Shown piece after piece: positions 46,940 to 57,565 of a DNA stretch of 64,000 bases. Position 1 is the first letter of the stretch. The number at the start of each line of letters is the position of its first letter. The position numbers were made by a program, and so were the translations under genes. The DNA comes from Eubacteriales bacterium. GTDB lineage: Bacteria > Bacillota > Clostridia > Oscillospirales > CAG-272. A model generated the notes under the pieces. It was given only the letters and a program-made list of their open reading frames with translations. It was not told the DNA's origin and did not search any database. The stretch is from the NCBI GenBank assembly GCA_045652425.1, contig JAZRUG010000032.1, forward strand, positions 43,846 to 107,845, read 5' to 3'.

Positions 46940-49900
46940 TTATATCTCAATAGTCTTACCTAAAGCAAAAGAATAAATAAGAATCTTATCAACCTTTTTG
47001 CCAAACATCTTTTTACAAGCCTCGGCATAATATGAAAGCTGTGTTTTGTGTCTTTCTATTATTATCTTTTCAGCATTACCGTTACTTATATCTTTGTCCG
47101 AAAACCAGTCGGTTTTATAGTCGGCTAACACAAGTTTATCATTTTCATCAATAAACAACAAGTCAATAACACCTTGAACAAGTATACTTTCGTCTGCATA
47201 CTTCTCTTTCAGTTCTGAATCTTGAGTAAATTCCGCTGCAGGAAGTTTTATATTAAATCTTCTTTCACGCCAAACATTTTTTGCTTTTGAAAGACTACGG
47301 AAAAATTGTCCGCTGAAAAACTCTTTTATTTTTTCAACATTTACAAGCGAAGAATTGCGTTTGTCAATATACCCCTGCTCCGTCAATCTCAAAAGTTCGT
47401 TTTCCACACCGTTATTCGCCACGTTGTCAAAATCGCAGAACTGCATAAATATATGTGTTGCAGTCCCCCTCTCTGCCCCTGTTGCCCTTTCCTTTTCAGG
47501 AAGCAAAAATTTAGGTTTCACGTACATAGACGGCGCTATGGGTTCAGTTTCCGTCGTATATTCATCAAGTACTGCAGGATAAAGCTTTGATACTGCAAGT
47601 TTTGAAGGCAATTCGGTCATTTCTTTATAAGGATATTCAAATGAAAACCTATTCTCGATTTCCCCTAAAACATCATTAATCAAATCTTCATTAAATACTT
47701 TTTCTGCTGTTTCAACGACTGTACGTTCCTTTTCAACACTATTAGAAACGTATTCAAGGTCAAAAGTATCATAATCGGATTTTAAAATTCCCCACAGAAT
47801 TAACTCTGACATATTCTTTGCTTCAAGCAAAACGTGTCTTGAAACCTTTCTTTCGGGAGAAGATATGCTTTCTATTACATCTCTTGCATGTTTTAATGAA
47901 GATGTTATAATAAGCCGTTTCTTTGCTCTTGTTAAAGCAACATAAAGAACGCGCATTTCTTCGTCAAGTGCTTCTTCTCGTAATGCTATTTCTGCAGCAC
48001 TTCTTGCCATCGTATTAAATTTACCAAACGAAGTTCCATCACGCAGTCTTAACGTTAAGCCATAATCCTTGTGAATTATATACGCGCTTCTTTCATCACC
48101 TCTGTTAAACAAATGCGCAGTATCACAAAAGAACACCGTATCAAATTCGAGTCCTTTTGAATTATGGACAGACATAATGTTTACAACGCCTTTTCCTTCA
48201 CCCGTAAGTCTTGCATTTGAAAGCTTGGTTTTCTTATCTAAAACGTCGTTCAAATAGAGAATAAAATTATAAAGCCCTTTGAAACTTCCGTTTTCGAACT
48301 GACGCGCATATTCATAAAGCAAAAGTAAATTCGCTTGACGTTCGATATCGGAATCCTTATTTTTTCTTCCGGAAAGCAACTCTACTATATGAGTATCGTT
48401 ATATATATACCTTACAAGTTTATCAACGGGACAACCCTCAGCGTATTTACGCCACTGATTTAACTTTTCAAAGAAATTCTCGCATTTTTTATCCGAAGTA
48501 TCATTGTAGTATTTTTGCACAGCATTAAATAAAGTACCGTTTTTTTCGTATCTGCGGATAGCCGTTAATTCGGATAGCGTAAATGAAAATATAGGACTTT
48601 TTAACGCTCCGGCAAGATAGATATCTCTGCTTGGATTGTCGATAGTATTCAAGATACATAACATCAAAAGCACGGCATCATTTTCAAAAAAATCTCTGTC
48701 AACTTGGTTAAAACTCGATATATTTCGCTTTTTTAAAGCCTCTTCAAAATATATAGTATTATTCCTTGAACGGAACAAGAGAGCTATATCCGATGGATCT
48801 GTTCCATCTTTTACGAGTTTTTCTATTTCAGAAGCAACAAACTCGGCTTCTCTGACAACACCAGATACTTCGTCGTCATCTTCCATAAAGCAAAGTCTTA
48901 CGTTGTAATCCTTTTCTCCCTCTTTATAAACCTTTGAGCATACAAGCCTATCCCCTTCGGTATAGGGGGCTTTTCCGCTGTTGTTGTTAAATAACACTTC
49001 AAATACAGCGTTCGAAAAATCTATAACTGCTTTATCGCTTCTAAAGTTATTGGACAGATATAGAGTTACGCCGTCATCATCGGGACATTCCTCTTCGGGT
49101 GAAACCACGGGAAAATTTTTTCTGTATTCTGAAAATAACGCAGGTTCAGAACCTCTGAATCCATAAATACTCTGTTTTATGTCACCAACCATAAATCTGT
49201 TTACAGACGTACTTATACCTGAAAAAATCTTATCCTGAAGCTCATTTACGTCTTGGTATTCATCAATAAAAATATACTTATATTTTTCTTTTATACTGTT
49301 TGCAAGTTCACTTGAAACCGTACATTCCTTGTCGGAATACAGAAGACGTAATGCAAAATTTTCAAGGTCGTTATAGTCAAGAAGCCCTCTGCTTTTTTTC
49401 TCTTCTTTATACATACCGTCAAAAGCCGAAAGAAAAGCATACATATCACGACACACCACAGACGTGCGCTCAAAATGTTTTTTCACTATATTTTCAGAAA
49501 AAGCAAAATAATTAGATGCCGATTTTGAAAGCTTGTCCCAAAACTCTGCACGTATCCCTCTGTAGTAATCAGATTCGGCTGTCTGTAACTCGGTCTTTAC
49601 ACTACCAAGTTTCAATTTAGTATTTCCGTTGAAACATTCTGCCAATTCGGTATAAGTTGAACCTTCTATCGATGATACTATTCTATAACAAATACGCCTA
49701 TCCTCTTCAAATGCAGGAAGATATGCTTTTGCAAATTTTTCATCTCCGATAAAATATCCACAAGCATTATCAAGCTCTTTGTAATAATATTCGAATGTTC
49801 TTTTAAGATAATCGGTTATTTTTCTTCCCCATTTGGTTTCAAGCGGGTTTATTTCTGCGCCAGTATTAAGTTCTTCGGCACATATTTTTAACAACTCCAC

Positions 49901-50482
49901 ACCTATTGGAAAATTACGTAAATAATTATATATTCCCGTAAAAATCATAGGCAAACTGTCATCTTTTTTCGCCTGTAAAAAGTTCTCGGTAAAATCAGCA
50001 AAATCAGATATTTTTTCGGAATATAAACCGCCGTAGCACGAATCTATAAGCTCATTCATAATATTATTGCAAATTAGCGCAGATTCGCTTTCGTCAGCTA
50101 TACGAAGATTTGCGGGTAGGTCTAGATTTTGGAAGTTATTTCTCACGAGGTCAGCACAAAACGAGTGAATGGTACATATTTTCGCCTTGCCCAGATTAAG
50201 CAATTGATTTGAAAGATGCTTGTTTGTCGGGTCCTCTTTCAATGCAGAAAAAACAGCTTTTGAAATACGCTCCTTTAACTCTGTAGCCGCCGCCTTTGTA
50301 AAGGTAACAACAAGCATTTCAGATACGTCAACAGCGCTTTGGGAATCGGTAACAAGCTCAATTATTCTTTTAGTCAATACTGCGGTTTTACCCGAGCCGG
50401 CAGCGGCAGAGACAAGCATAGTGTGGCCGCGCAGGTTAACAGCAACTTTTTGCGCGGGAGTTAGTTCAAATTTACTGCTCAT
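46940..50482 (-). CDS. addA: ATP-dependent helicase/nuclease subunit A (AddA)
   Basis: 1180 aa. UvrD-type helicase motifs (VSAAAGSGKTAVL; DEYQDVN; VALTRAK) plus a C-terminal RecB-type nuclease (GVIDLLF..D..VLADYKTD). Confidence 0.92.
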   Translation of the reverse strand: MSSKFELTPAQKVAVNLRGHTMLVSAAAGSGKTAVLTKRIIELVTDSQSAVDVSEMLVVTFTKAAATELKERISKAVFSALKEDPTNKHLSNQLLNLGKAKICTIHSFCADLVRNNFQNLDLPANLRIADESESALICNNIMNELIDSCYGGLYSEKISDFADFTENFLQAKKDDSLPMIFTGIYNYLRNFPIGVELLKICAEELNTGAEINPLETKWGRKITDYLKRTFEYYYKELDNACGYFIGDEKFAKAYLPAFEEDRRICYRIVSSIEGSTYTELAECFNGNTKLKLGSVKTELQTAESDYYRGIRAEFWDKLSKSASNYFAFSENIVKKHFERTSVVCRDMYAFLSAFDGMYKEEKKSRGLLDYNDLENFALRLLYSDKECTVSSELANSIKEKYKYIFIDEYQDVNELQDKIFSGISTSVNRFMVGDIKQSIYGFRGSEPALFSEYRKNFPVVSPEEECPDDDGVTLYLSNNFRSDKAVIDFSNAVFEVLFNNNSGKAPYTEGDRLVCSKVYKEGEKDYNVRLCFMEDDDEVSGVVREAEFVASEIEKLVKDGTDPSDIALLFRSRNNTIYFEEALKKRNISSFNQVDRDFFENDAVLLMLCILNTIDNPSRDIYLAGALKSPIFSFTLSELTAIRRYEKNGTLFNAVQKYYNDTSDKKCENFFEKLNQWRKYAEGCPVDKLVRYIYNDTHIVELLSGRKNKDSDIERQANLLLLYEYARQFENGSFKGLYNFILYLNDVLDKKTKLSNARLTGEGKGVVNIMSVHNSKGLEFDTVFFCDTAHLFNRGDERSAYIIHKDYGLTLRLRDGTSFGKFNTMARSAAEIALREEALDEEMRVLYVALTRAKKRLIITSSLKHARDVIESISSPERKVSRHVLLEAKNMSELILWGILKSDYDTFDLEYVSNSVEKERTVVETAEKVFNEDLINDVLGEIENRFSFEYPYKEMTELPSKLAVSKLYPAVLDEYTTETEPIAPSMYVKPKFLLPEKERATGAERGTATHIFMQFCDFDNVANNGVENELLRLTEQGYIDKRNSSLVNVEKIKEFFSGQFFRSLSKAKNVWRERRFNIKLPAAEFTQDSELKEKYADESILVQGVIDLLFIDENDKLVLADYKTDWFSDKDISNGNAEKIIIERHKTQLSYYAEACKKMFGKKVDKILIYSFALGKTIEI

Positions 50483-53400
50483 CGTCTTCCTCCTTATCCA
50501 GCCTTCTGCATATAGCCTTCATCTTACAATACGTGCAAGGACTGTCGTTCTTGTTTTTCATTTCCAAAGGCTCTGCTTTTACGCTTCCCGATTTCATATC
50601 CATTGCAATTTTGTTTAATATATCGTCAATCTTACGCGATAACTCGCCGAATTCTTCAACGGTTTTAAGATATTTTGTATTACTTAAATTGCCGTTTTTG
50701 TAAAGCTTCACCGGAATATACTTTTGCTCAAGATTCTTGTCCATTGCTTTGAGTATTTCAATATCATTCACAAGCATACCAACTCTGCCGATACTGCTTT
50801 CGGCTATTGTATATGCATTTTCTATATCTCCGTCATTCTCAATAGTAAAATCGGGGGCTTTTGCGGCAAAGTAAAGTATGCCAGCGGGCAAAACTTCACC
50901 CTCACACTTAATCCGTTCTTTGAAATCATTTCTTTTTGTGTTCCAAATCGCAAACAGATACAAAAGCATCTGCAAATTCAAGCCCTTTTCTATATCATCG
51001 GGCGAAAAAGTCTTCGTGCCTGTTTTATAATCAACTATTCTGATATATACGTCTTTACCTTTTTTAAACGTATCAACTCTGTCAACAATTCCGCGCATAA
51101 AAAGTTTTGTACCATCTTGAAGCTTAATTTCATAAGGTTCTACACCATTCTCACTCTCGTGTGAAATCGGGAGTTCAAAAAATCTTGGAACAAACTCACT
51201 TTGACGAAATTCTGCCAAAATATTACGAACAAGCAAAAGCGTCGTTCTTTTTAGCCGCTTTATAAGCTGCATAAGGCGTGGGCTGTTTTCAGACATTCCC
51301 TGACATGCACTCTTCACGTAATCATTGATTATTTCATCGATAAGCTGAACAATCGTTTCATTGTCAATGTCGGTATTAATGCCATTATCCGTAGCAATTC
51401 TCGACATAAAACGCTCAAGAACGATATGAACGAAATTACCTATATCGTTGCTTCTGAATACTGCAGTTTTCTTTTCTTGAAGTTTGAGAATATATTTACA
51501 ATGATACTCAAATGAACATTTTACATAACTGTCTATTCTCGATTGACTTGTAGACATATTACCCTTGTATATTTCGTTCGCAAGTTCATTATCAATATCG
51601 GATACTCCTGCATCAAGTGAGGTATCCAAAAGATTAGTAAACTGACCGTAGGCATTATTCTTTTCAAAATATCTTTGCAGGGCTATACCTATTTCATTAT
51701 CTCTGTTTAATGCAAGGAGTTTTAATGCGGTATTTTTGCCTTCAATCTTTTCTTCAGTTGGCATTTCCGCATAATTTATAATTGGTTTATTATTCAACAG
51801 GAAATTAACTCTTGAACCTGCAACGGATATATTACCGGTCGCGCCTTTCAGGTCGGAGCCGCAATAAGTAAGTGTCAACGACTCTCTCGCTGTTGATATT
51901 GATTTATAAAACCAATATAATTCATCTGATGTAAGCCGCTCTGTCCCGGGACTTAATTCAACGTCAACAGATTTTAATATTCCCTTTTCATTGTCGCTGA
52001 AAATACAGTTTTCTTCTGCTGTTTTGGGAAATACACCTTCGTTTACGCCTATTAAATATACGTGCTTTACGCTCCCTGTACGAATCATAGAAGCACTGCC
52101 GAGCATAATCTGGTCAACCTTTGCGGGTATTGTTCCAATATCTATCTTACTCAAAACGAGATCAAGAATAGTGGCAAAAGTATTACCGTCAGCTTTCATT
52201 TCTCCCGCAAATTCTACGATATCGTCAAGTGCATTTATAAACAAATTCCAAAGTTGTACAAGTTCTTTTTCCTCTGCATAATCAACTTTTTGACGACACT
52301 CTGCCGCTTTATGTTCGATCTGCTCTTTTATATTTAGTTCACATAAAAAATCATACAAAGCCACCGTAACGTCAGAAACTGTAGTTCCACCTATAGAATC
52401 AAAAAACTTTACAAGTGGTGGTACTACCTTATTTCTTATTTCGTTGGCCTTATTCAGCAAATCTGCGCCTTCATCTGTAATCTTTTCGACAAAACCGTCG
52501 GGGTTCATATTCCAATCAATTCCGTCATACCAACGTCTGCCGTTTATATTCCAAGCAGAAGCATAATTTTCAAGAATATCACACTCGTCATAACTTATAC
52601 CCACAAGTCCCGTTTTTACGTACGAAATAACGTCGTTAAAACGCCAACCTTTATTCTTTATTGCAAGTGCTGCAAGAATAAGTTTAAACAAGGGTTTTGT
52701 TGTAATATCCGTTCTGCGCGACATAAAGAAAGGAATACCGTTATTTTCAAGTTCACAGTCGATAATTCCCTCGTAAGAATTAATATCTCTCGCAATAATA
52801 AGAATATCTTTATATCTTACGCCGTTTCGTACCTTTTTCAGTATGTCGCAAACAACAGCTTCGCACTCTTCAAACTTATCATGGCATACAATAGTGTTAA
52901 CGCCGGAAGCATCACCGGAAAAATCGTCGCTTTGTACGCTGTGATGCCAAAGATTTTTTGAAACATATTCTATAGCCTCACTGTCAAAACCAAGGCTTTT
53001 TTCTAAATATATTTCTTCAATATCGGTGTTATATCTTTCGGCAATCTTTTTTAAATTTTTATATGTAATTTCCGTTGTACCAAACACACCGGACGTATTT
53101 TTCATATCATAGCAAAGCGAAAAATAAACATTTTCGGCTTGTTCTGTAATATTACTTATAACCCTATACTGTTGTGGGGTAAAGCTGTCAAATGCATCTA
53201 TATACACGTTGTATGAATCAAAAAAATTATTGTTTTCCAACGTTTCGGCAAGATGCGTCAATTCATCCGACGGATCATTATATTCCTTTGAAAGAAAAGC
53301 CTGATATGTCGAGTATATAAAACTTATATCATACAATTTATCACTTAAAGCCTTGTATCTGCCGCAAAGTTTTTCTGCCGCCTTTTCAAGCATAATAGGC

Positions 53401-53798
53401 GTAACTGCAAACTGTTTCATTTCATCAACAGTAGAAAGCATAAGCTCGGCAAAAGACGTATTTCTATCATCAACGTTATTGTAAATCTTCAGAAAAGCTG
53501 AAGCCTCGCGAAGAGCGCGCCACATTATGAGCAAACGGCTTCCCTCGTTTAAATCATTAAACGATAATCCTCCGAAAACTCTAAATATCTGGTTTGCAAG
53601 TCGTCTGAAACTCAACACCTCAAGATTCAGAGTCGATACATCATTTGACATATCCGTTATAGACCTTTCAGCAGATAATACATTCTGTTCGGGTACTATA
53701 AGAATAGCCTTTTTCCCCTGCTCCAAATCCTCAATTATTTTGTTGTAAACATAAGTACTTTTTCCGCTAGCGGCGGGACCGTACACAAGTTTTAGCAT
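50472..53798 (-). CDS. addB: ATP-dependent helicase/nuclease subunit B (AddB)
   Basis: 1108 aa from MLKLVYGPAASGKST. C-terminal nuclease (RIVDYKTG) and Fe-S cysteines (...SPCTYCKMKAICR). Overlaps the addA start by 11 nt. Confidence 0.9.
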   Translation of the reverse strand: MLKLVYGPAASGKSTYVYNKIIEDLEQGKKAILIVPEQNVLSAERSITDMSNDVSTLNLEVLSFRRLANQIFRVFGGLSFNDLNEGSRLLIMWRALREASAFLKIYNNVDDRNTSFAELMLSTVDEMKQFAVTPIMLEKAAEKLCGRYKALSDKLYDISFIYSTYQAFLSKEYNDPSDELTHLAETLENNNFFDSYNVYIDAFDSFTPQQYRVISNITEQAENVYFSLCYDMKNTSGVFGTTEITYKNLKKIAERYNTDIEEIYLEKSLGFDSEAIEYVSKNLWHHSVQSDDFSGDASGVNTIVCHDKFEECEAVVCDILKKVRNGVRYKDILIIARDINSYEGIIDCELENNGIPFFMSRRTDITTKPLFKLILAALAIKNKGWRFNDVISYVKTGLVGISYDECDILENYASAWNINGRRWYDGIDWNMNPDGFVEKITDEGADLLNKANEIRNKVVPPLVKFFDSIGGTTVSDVTVALYDFLCELNIKEQIEHKAAECRQKVDYAEEKELVQLWNLFINALDDIVEFAGEMKADGNTFATILDLVLSKIDIGTIPAKVDQIMLGSASMIRTGSVKHVYLIGVNEGVFPKTAEENCIFSDNEKGILKSVDVELSPGTERLTSDELYWFYKSISTARESLTLTYCGSDLKGATGNISVAGSRVNFLLNNKPIINYAEMPTEEKIEGKNTALKLLALNRDNEIGIALQRYFEKNNAYGQFTNLLDTSLDAGVSDIDNELANEIYKGNMSTSQSRIDSYVKCSFEYHCKYILKLQEKKTAVFRSNDIGNFVHIVLERFMSRIATDNGINTDIDNETIVQLIDEIINDYVKSACQGMSENSPRLMQLIKRLKRTTLLLVRNILAEFRQSEFVPRFFELPISHESENGVEPYEIKLQDGTKLFMRGIVDRVDTFKKGKDVYIRIVDYKTGTKTFSPDDIEKGLNLQMLLYLFAIWNTKRNDFKERIKCEGEVLPAGILYFAAKAPDFTIENDGDIENAYTIAESSIGRVGMLVNDIEILKAMDKNLEQKYIPVKLYKNGNLSNTKYLKTVEEFGELSRKIDDILNKIAMDMKSGSVKAEPLEMKNKNDSPCTYCKMKAICRRLDKEEDDEQ

Positions 53799-53803
53799 AA
53801 TAA

Positions 53804-55552
53804 TTACCTCATGCGGAGTTTTTCGCATAACTTTTCATCGGGAGTTACGTATGCGGTCCAGTTCGTAGAATAAGTAACTAAACCGAGTTTCGATGAATTT
53901 ATCTTTTTTATATTTTTCACAAAAGTATAGTCAACGGCAACATTTTCACCCTCGGAAATTTTAGAATGGGTAGCCGCTATAATCGCCGCCTGTGTAAAAT
54001 CAATTTCGGGCGGTTCCTCCCCGTTACATATCATAATACAGTGAGAACCAGGCATATTTTTTACGTGAAACCAATAATCAAGCTTCGCTGCCGTCTTAAA
54101 TGTAAGCGTATCATTTTGAATATTATTTTTACCGCAAAGAACCGTGTACCCATTTTCTGTCTTAAATTCAAATGGATATGTTTTAGGAGCATTTTTCTGC
54201 TGGGATTTAGACTTTACACCATACCCCGAAGCTCTTAACTCTCTTCTTATTTCTTCGAGATCATTTTCCCCCTCTGCTCTTGAGAGTGAATCAATAACAG
54301 ACCTTATATAAGAGAGTTCAATTTCATCATTTTTTAATTGTTCTGTTAAATACTCAATCGCCTTTTTCGACTTGTTATATTTCTTGTAATACCTTTGGGC
54401 GTTCTGCGACGGAGATAGTTTTGAATCAAGCACTACTTCTTTCTCTACAGGTGTTTCCAATGAGTAATCCCATAGTTTCACCTTGGTATCCCCTCTTTTA
54501 AGCAAATATATATTTGCTGTAATAATATCACCAAGATTCTTTAGTTTAAGTCCTTCATTCGCTCTTCTTATCTCTTCTTTATGAATAGAAATCTTTTTTA
54601 CTATGCGATTTTCGTTTGTAGTAAGATATTTGAGCAAATCTGCAGAAATTTGTTTAATATGGTTTATACGTTCTTTCTTTACGTAATACTCGTCAATAAG
54701 TTTGCTGAATGATTCACATTCGCTTTTTGTATATGTTCCGCCAAACTGTCTTAAATTCATAAAACAAAATTCAATCGGCTTTTCATTAGTCCTAAAAAGA
54801 TATGGAACAAAACTTCTCTCTTTAACAATTAAAATAAAATCGTTAAAGTTGAACCACAAATCATTAAATGAACATTCTGACAATACTGAATCAACGTTTC
54901 CCGTTGTTTTATAAGCAATTTCAGAAGAAACAAGAAGCGATATTCCCATATAAGAATCTGTAATAAATCGCGAAATAAGTTTGTCGGGCGATGCGTTCTC
55001 ATACAAGGTTTTAAACTGCTCTTTTGAAGTTTCAAGCGGTGATATTTTATCCTGCTCGGGTGGGTATTCATAAGTCATTCCGGGCAAAACCTGTCTTTTA
55101 CTGCTCGTCGTGAAATCAACAGGTTTAATAGCGCTTATTATTTTCATATTCTCATCGCAGAAAATAATGTTACTGTATTTACCCATTATTTCAACAATAA
55201 GATAACGAACACAAAGGAATCCCATTTCATCTCTGCATTCCATCTTTATCTGCAAAAGTCTTTCAAAACCGTATTGTTCAACAGATATAATTCTTCCGCC
55301 CGTCAAGTGTTTACGCAAAAGCATACAGAACATAGGCGCCGAGGCGGGATTTTCTTTAACAATATCTGTTAAATTAATTCTCGGATTGTTTGCGCCAGAA
55401 GAAACAGACAGTCTTAGATTCTCTCTGTCTGCTCGCAATGTCAAAACTATCTCCTCTTTTTCGGGCTGTTGAATCTTATCAATTCTTGCTCCCGATAATT
55501 TTATATTAAGCTCATTTGCCAAAGCGGCAACCATACCTGCATCAAATGCCAT
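53804..55552 (-). CDS. rqcH: NFACT-family ribosome quality control protein RqcH (FbpA-like)
   Basis: 582 aa: MAFDAGMVAALANELN...ARIDKIQQPEKEEIVLTLR..., a coiled-coil middle, and the C-terminal NFACT-R motif (HVKNMPGSH). Its stop lies 5 nt before the addB start. Confidence 0.85.
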   Translation of the reverse strand: MAFDAGMVAALANELNIKLSGARIDKIQQPEKEEIVLTLRADRENLRLSVSSGANNPRINLTDIVKENPASAPMFCMLLRKHLTGGRIISVEQYGFERLLQIKMECRDEMGFLCVRYLIVEIMGKYSNIIFCDENMKIISAIKPVDFTTSSKRQVLPGMTYEYPPEQDKISPLETSKEQFKTLYENASPDKLISRFITDSYMGISLLVSSEIAYKTTGNVDSVLSECSFNDLWFNFNDFILIVKERSFVPYLFRTNEKPIEFCFMNLRQFGGTYTKSECESFSKLIDEYYVKKERINHIKQISADLLKYLTTNENRIVKKISIHKEEIRRANEGLKLKNLGDIITANIYLLKRGDTKVKLWDYSLETPVEKEVVLDSKLSPSQNAQRYYKKYNKSKKAIEYLTEQLKNDEIELSYIRSVIDSLSRAEGENDLEEIRRELRASGYGVKSKSQQKNAPKTYPFEFKTENGYTVLCGKNNIQNDTLTFKTAAKLDYWFHVKNMPGSHCIMICNGEEPPEIDFTQAAIIAATHSKISEGENVAVDYTFVKNIKKINSSKLGLVTYSTNWTAYVTPDEKLCEKLRMR

Positions 55553-55627
55553 TATAAATATCTCCTAATTTACATCATATAATTATTTTACCATTTTCTC
55601 GAAAATAAGTCAACAAAATAATAATGC

Positions 55628-55657
55628 CCTTACCGAGTTTTTTACAATTCGGTAAGG
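55628..55657 (-). terminator. Terminator hairpin downstream of the SASP gene
   Basis: CCTTACCGA / TCGGTAAGG 9-bp stem with a 12-nt loop, 43 nt past the SASP stop. The following U-tract on the minus strand is weak (ATTATTATTTT). Confidence 0.55.
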
Positions 55658-55699
55658 ACACTATCTTTTCTTGTTCTTATTATAACTGTTTAATTACAG

Positions 55700-55900
55700 T
55701 CAGTTAGAACCCTTAATATCGTTCTCGTACTTTTCGATCATCTTCTTAACCATCTGACCGCCAACGGAACCAGCCTGCTTAGAGGTGAGGTCGCCGTTGT
55801 AGCCCTGCTTAAGATTTACGCCAACTTCGTTAGCAGCTTCCATCTTGAAACGGTTAAGAGCTTCCTTAGCTTCAGGAACGAGTGTCTTGTTAGATGCCAT
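55700..55900 (-). CDS. Small acid-soluble spore protein, alpha/beta type
   Basis: 66 aa from ATG 55900 (RBS AAGGAGAA): MASNKTLVPEAKEALNRFKMEAANEVGV...LTSKQAGSVGGQMVKKMIE, the two conserved alpha/beta-SASP blocks. Confidence 0.92.
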   Translation of the reverse strand: MASNKTLVPEAKEALNRFKMEAANEVGVNLKQGYNGDLTSKQAGSVGGQMVKKMIEKYENDIKGSN

Positions 55901-56194
55901 TTTGTTTTCTCCTTGTTTTTTGATAATAATCAAAAATCTATATCAATTGAGTCTGTTTGACTCTGGTATTATTATAAACAATCATACAAGGTTTATAACT
56001 GCCAATTTTTTGAAAATATAAATACAAACATAATTAAAATTACATTAATAATTTTAGTTTATCTATTGCTAAGCTCATATTATTGTGTTATATTTATTAT
56101 GTAGAACACCAAAACCACTCAAAATAAAAACGTTATTTTTCTTAATTTTTAGTTTAAATAAATTATAATAAACAAATCGCGAAAGGATAAACTA

Positions 56195-57493
56195 ATGAAA
56201 AAGACAGTATTACTTTTATCCTCTTTAATACTCACTACTCTACTAATGTTTTCTTGCGGTAATTCAAGCAATTCAAAAAATTCCCCTACCACACCACCGG
56301 ACACAAAAGATTCTCTCGGAAGTAGTGTAAAAACTGAACCACCGGAAACTGAGACAAATGAACCTAAAGATCCGGCATATACAGATTTTCCTAAAAAACA
56401 AATCCCCAAAAAAGAAGACTACGATTACTACCACGTATTTAAAGCCCCTGAAGGCACTCCCCGTGATATTGTAATGGACTATATGCTTAAAATGGCAAAA
56501 GTCGAATGGACTCCAACTACTACATGGACAACTTCTTGGAAAGATACTGCAGAATTTAAAGTCAACCTTACATATAAAGCGGGAAAGACATACTACGGAG
56601 TTCCCTATTCCGATACAAGAGCGCCTCTCGGAGAGTTTGAATTATTCCTCAACGACGATAAATTTACACCAAACAGTCCCTATTACGAAGAACTTATAGG
56701 CAATCATTGCTCTTCTTCCATGATTATGGCGTACCAACAGATCATTGACCTTTCTTATCCCGCAGGCCTCAGACCCACAACCGTAAGAAGAGGTCTTCTC
56801 CGCTTCCCTGACGGTATCGAAACACCACCTTCAGAAAGTTCTACTTCCCCTAACCTCTGGTATTCCGACACAGTCCTTAAGATCAACTCGCGCGATACCA
56901 TATTTGAGGGTTACGCCTCACTTGACAAGGGCGATATTGTTATGAAAGACACAAAAAGCGGCGGACATACCCGTATGATAAGCAAGGTCGAAATCTCCAA
57001 AAGCTTTACAGGCAAGATTAATCCCGGAAAAAGCTATGTCTACTGTGTAGAACAAACTAATGCATGGTATGACAAAAATGAAAACTCTACGTGGTGGATA
57101 GACAAGAAGTATTCGTTTACTCAACTTTATGAGGATAGCTTTATGCCCGTTACGTTGTGCATTTTCCATCAAGAAAATCCCGTAATTGACGATGCCGTTA
57201 TCTGTATGCAAGGTAAAAATACACCTACCACTATTACAAAAATGCTTAACGGTACTATTGAATCGAACTTCCCTCTTTCCTATATCTACGTTACGGTTAA
57301 GGACATCAACGGAAAGATTGTCAGCGAAAAGCTTGAATATAATCTTGGTGAATTATACAAGTTCAGCCTCAGAAAGCTCTCATACGACCTCGATATAGAC
57401 AAACTCGCTCCCGGAAACTACAGCTTTAAAGTGGATGCAGGTATTGCCAGAGGCTCCGTAACACTCGAATCCTTTGATTTCACAATAGCTTAA
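56195..57493 (+). CDS. Uncharacterised lipoprotein with an NlpC/P60-like Cys...His pattern
   Basis: 432 aa. Lipobox LLMFSC, followed by a Ser/Pro/Thr-rich linker. IGNHCSSSMIMAY (Cys172) and KGDIVMKDTKSGGHTRMI (His258) resemble the papain-like NlpC/P60 nucleophile and GD-x-hydrophobic...H motifs. The C-terminus looks like a ~90-aa Ig-like module. Confidence 0.45.
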   Translation: MKKTVLLLSSLILTTLLMFSCGNSSNSKNSPTTPPDTKDSLGSSVKTEPPETETNEPKDPAYTDFPKKQIPKKEDYDYYHVFKAPEGTPRDIVMDYMLKMAKVEWTPTTTWTTSWKDTAEFKVNLTYKAGKTYYGVPYSDTRAPLGEFELFLNDDKFTPNSPYYEELIGNHCSSSMIMAYQQIIDLSYPAGLRPTTVRRGLLRFPDGIETPPSESSTSPNLWYSDTVLKINSRDTIFEGYASLDKGDIVMKDTKSGGHTRMISKVEISKSFTGKINPGKSYVYCVEQTNAWYDKNENSTWWIDKKYSFTQLYEDSFMPVTLCIFHQENPVIDDAVICMQGKNTPTTITKMLNGTIESNFPLSYIYVTVKDINGKIVSEKLEYNLGELYKFSLRKLSYDLDIDKLAPGNYSFKVDAGIARGSVTLESFDFTIA

Positions 57494-57501
57494 TTTTATA
57501 C

Positions 57502-57540
57502 AAAAAAGACTTACTGTTATTATTCAGTAAGTCTTTTTTA
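57502..57540. terminator. Bidirectional terminator between the convergent lipoprotein gene and pflA
   Basis: A-run, AAGACTTACTG / CAGTAAGTCTT 11-bp stem, T-run. Confidence 0.85.
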
Positions 57541-57565
57541 TTTATTACATTAAAGGCATTTTTTA

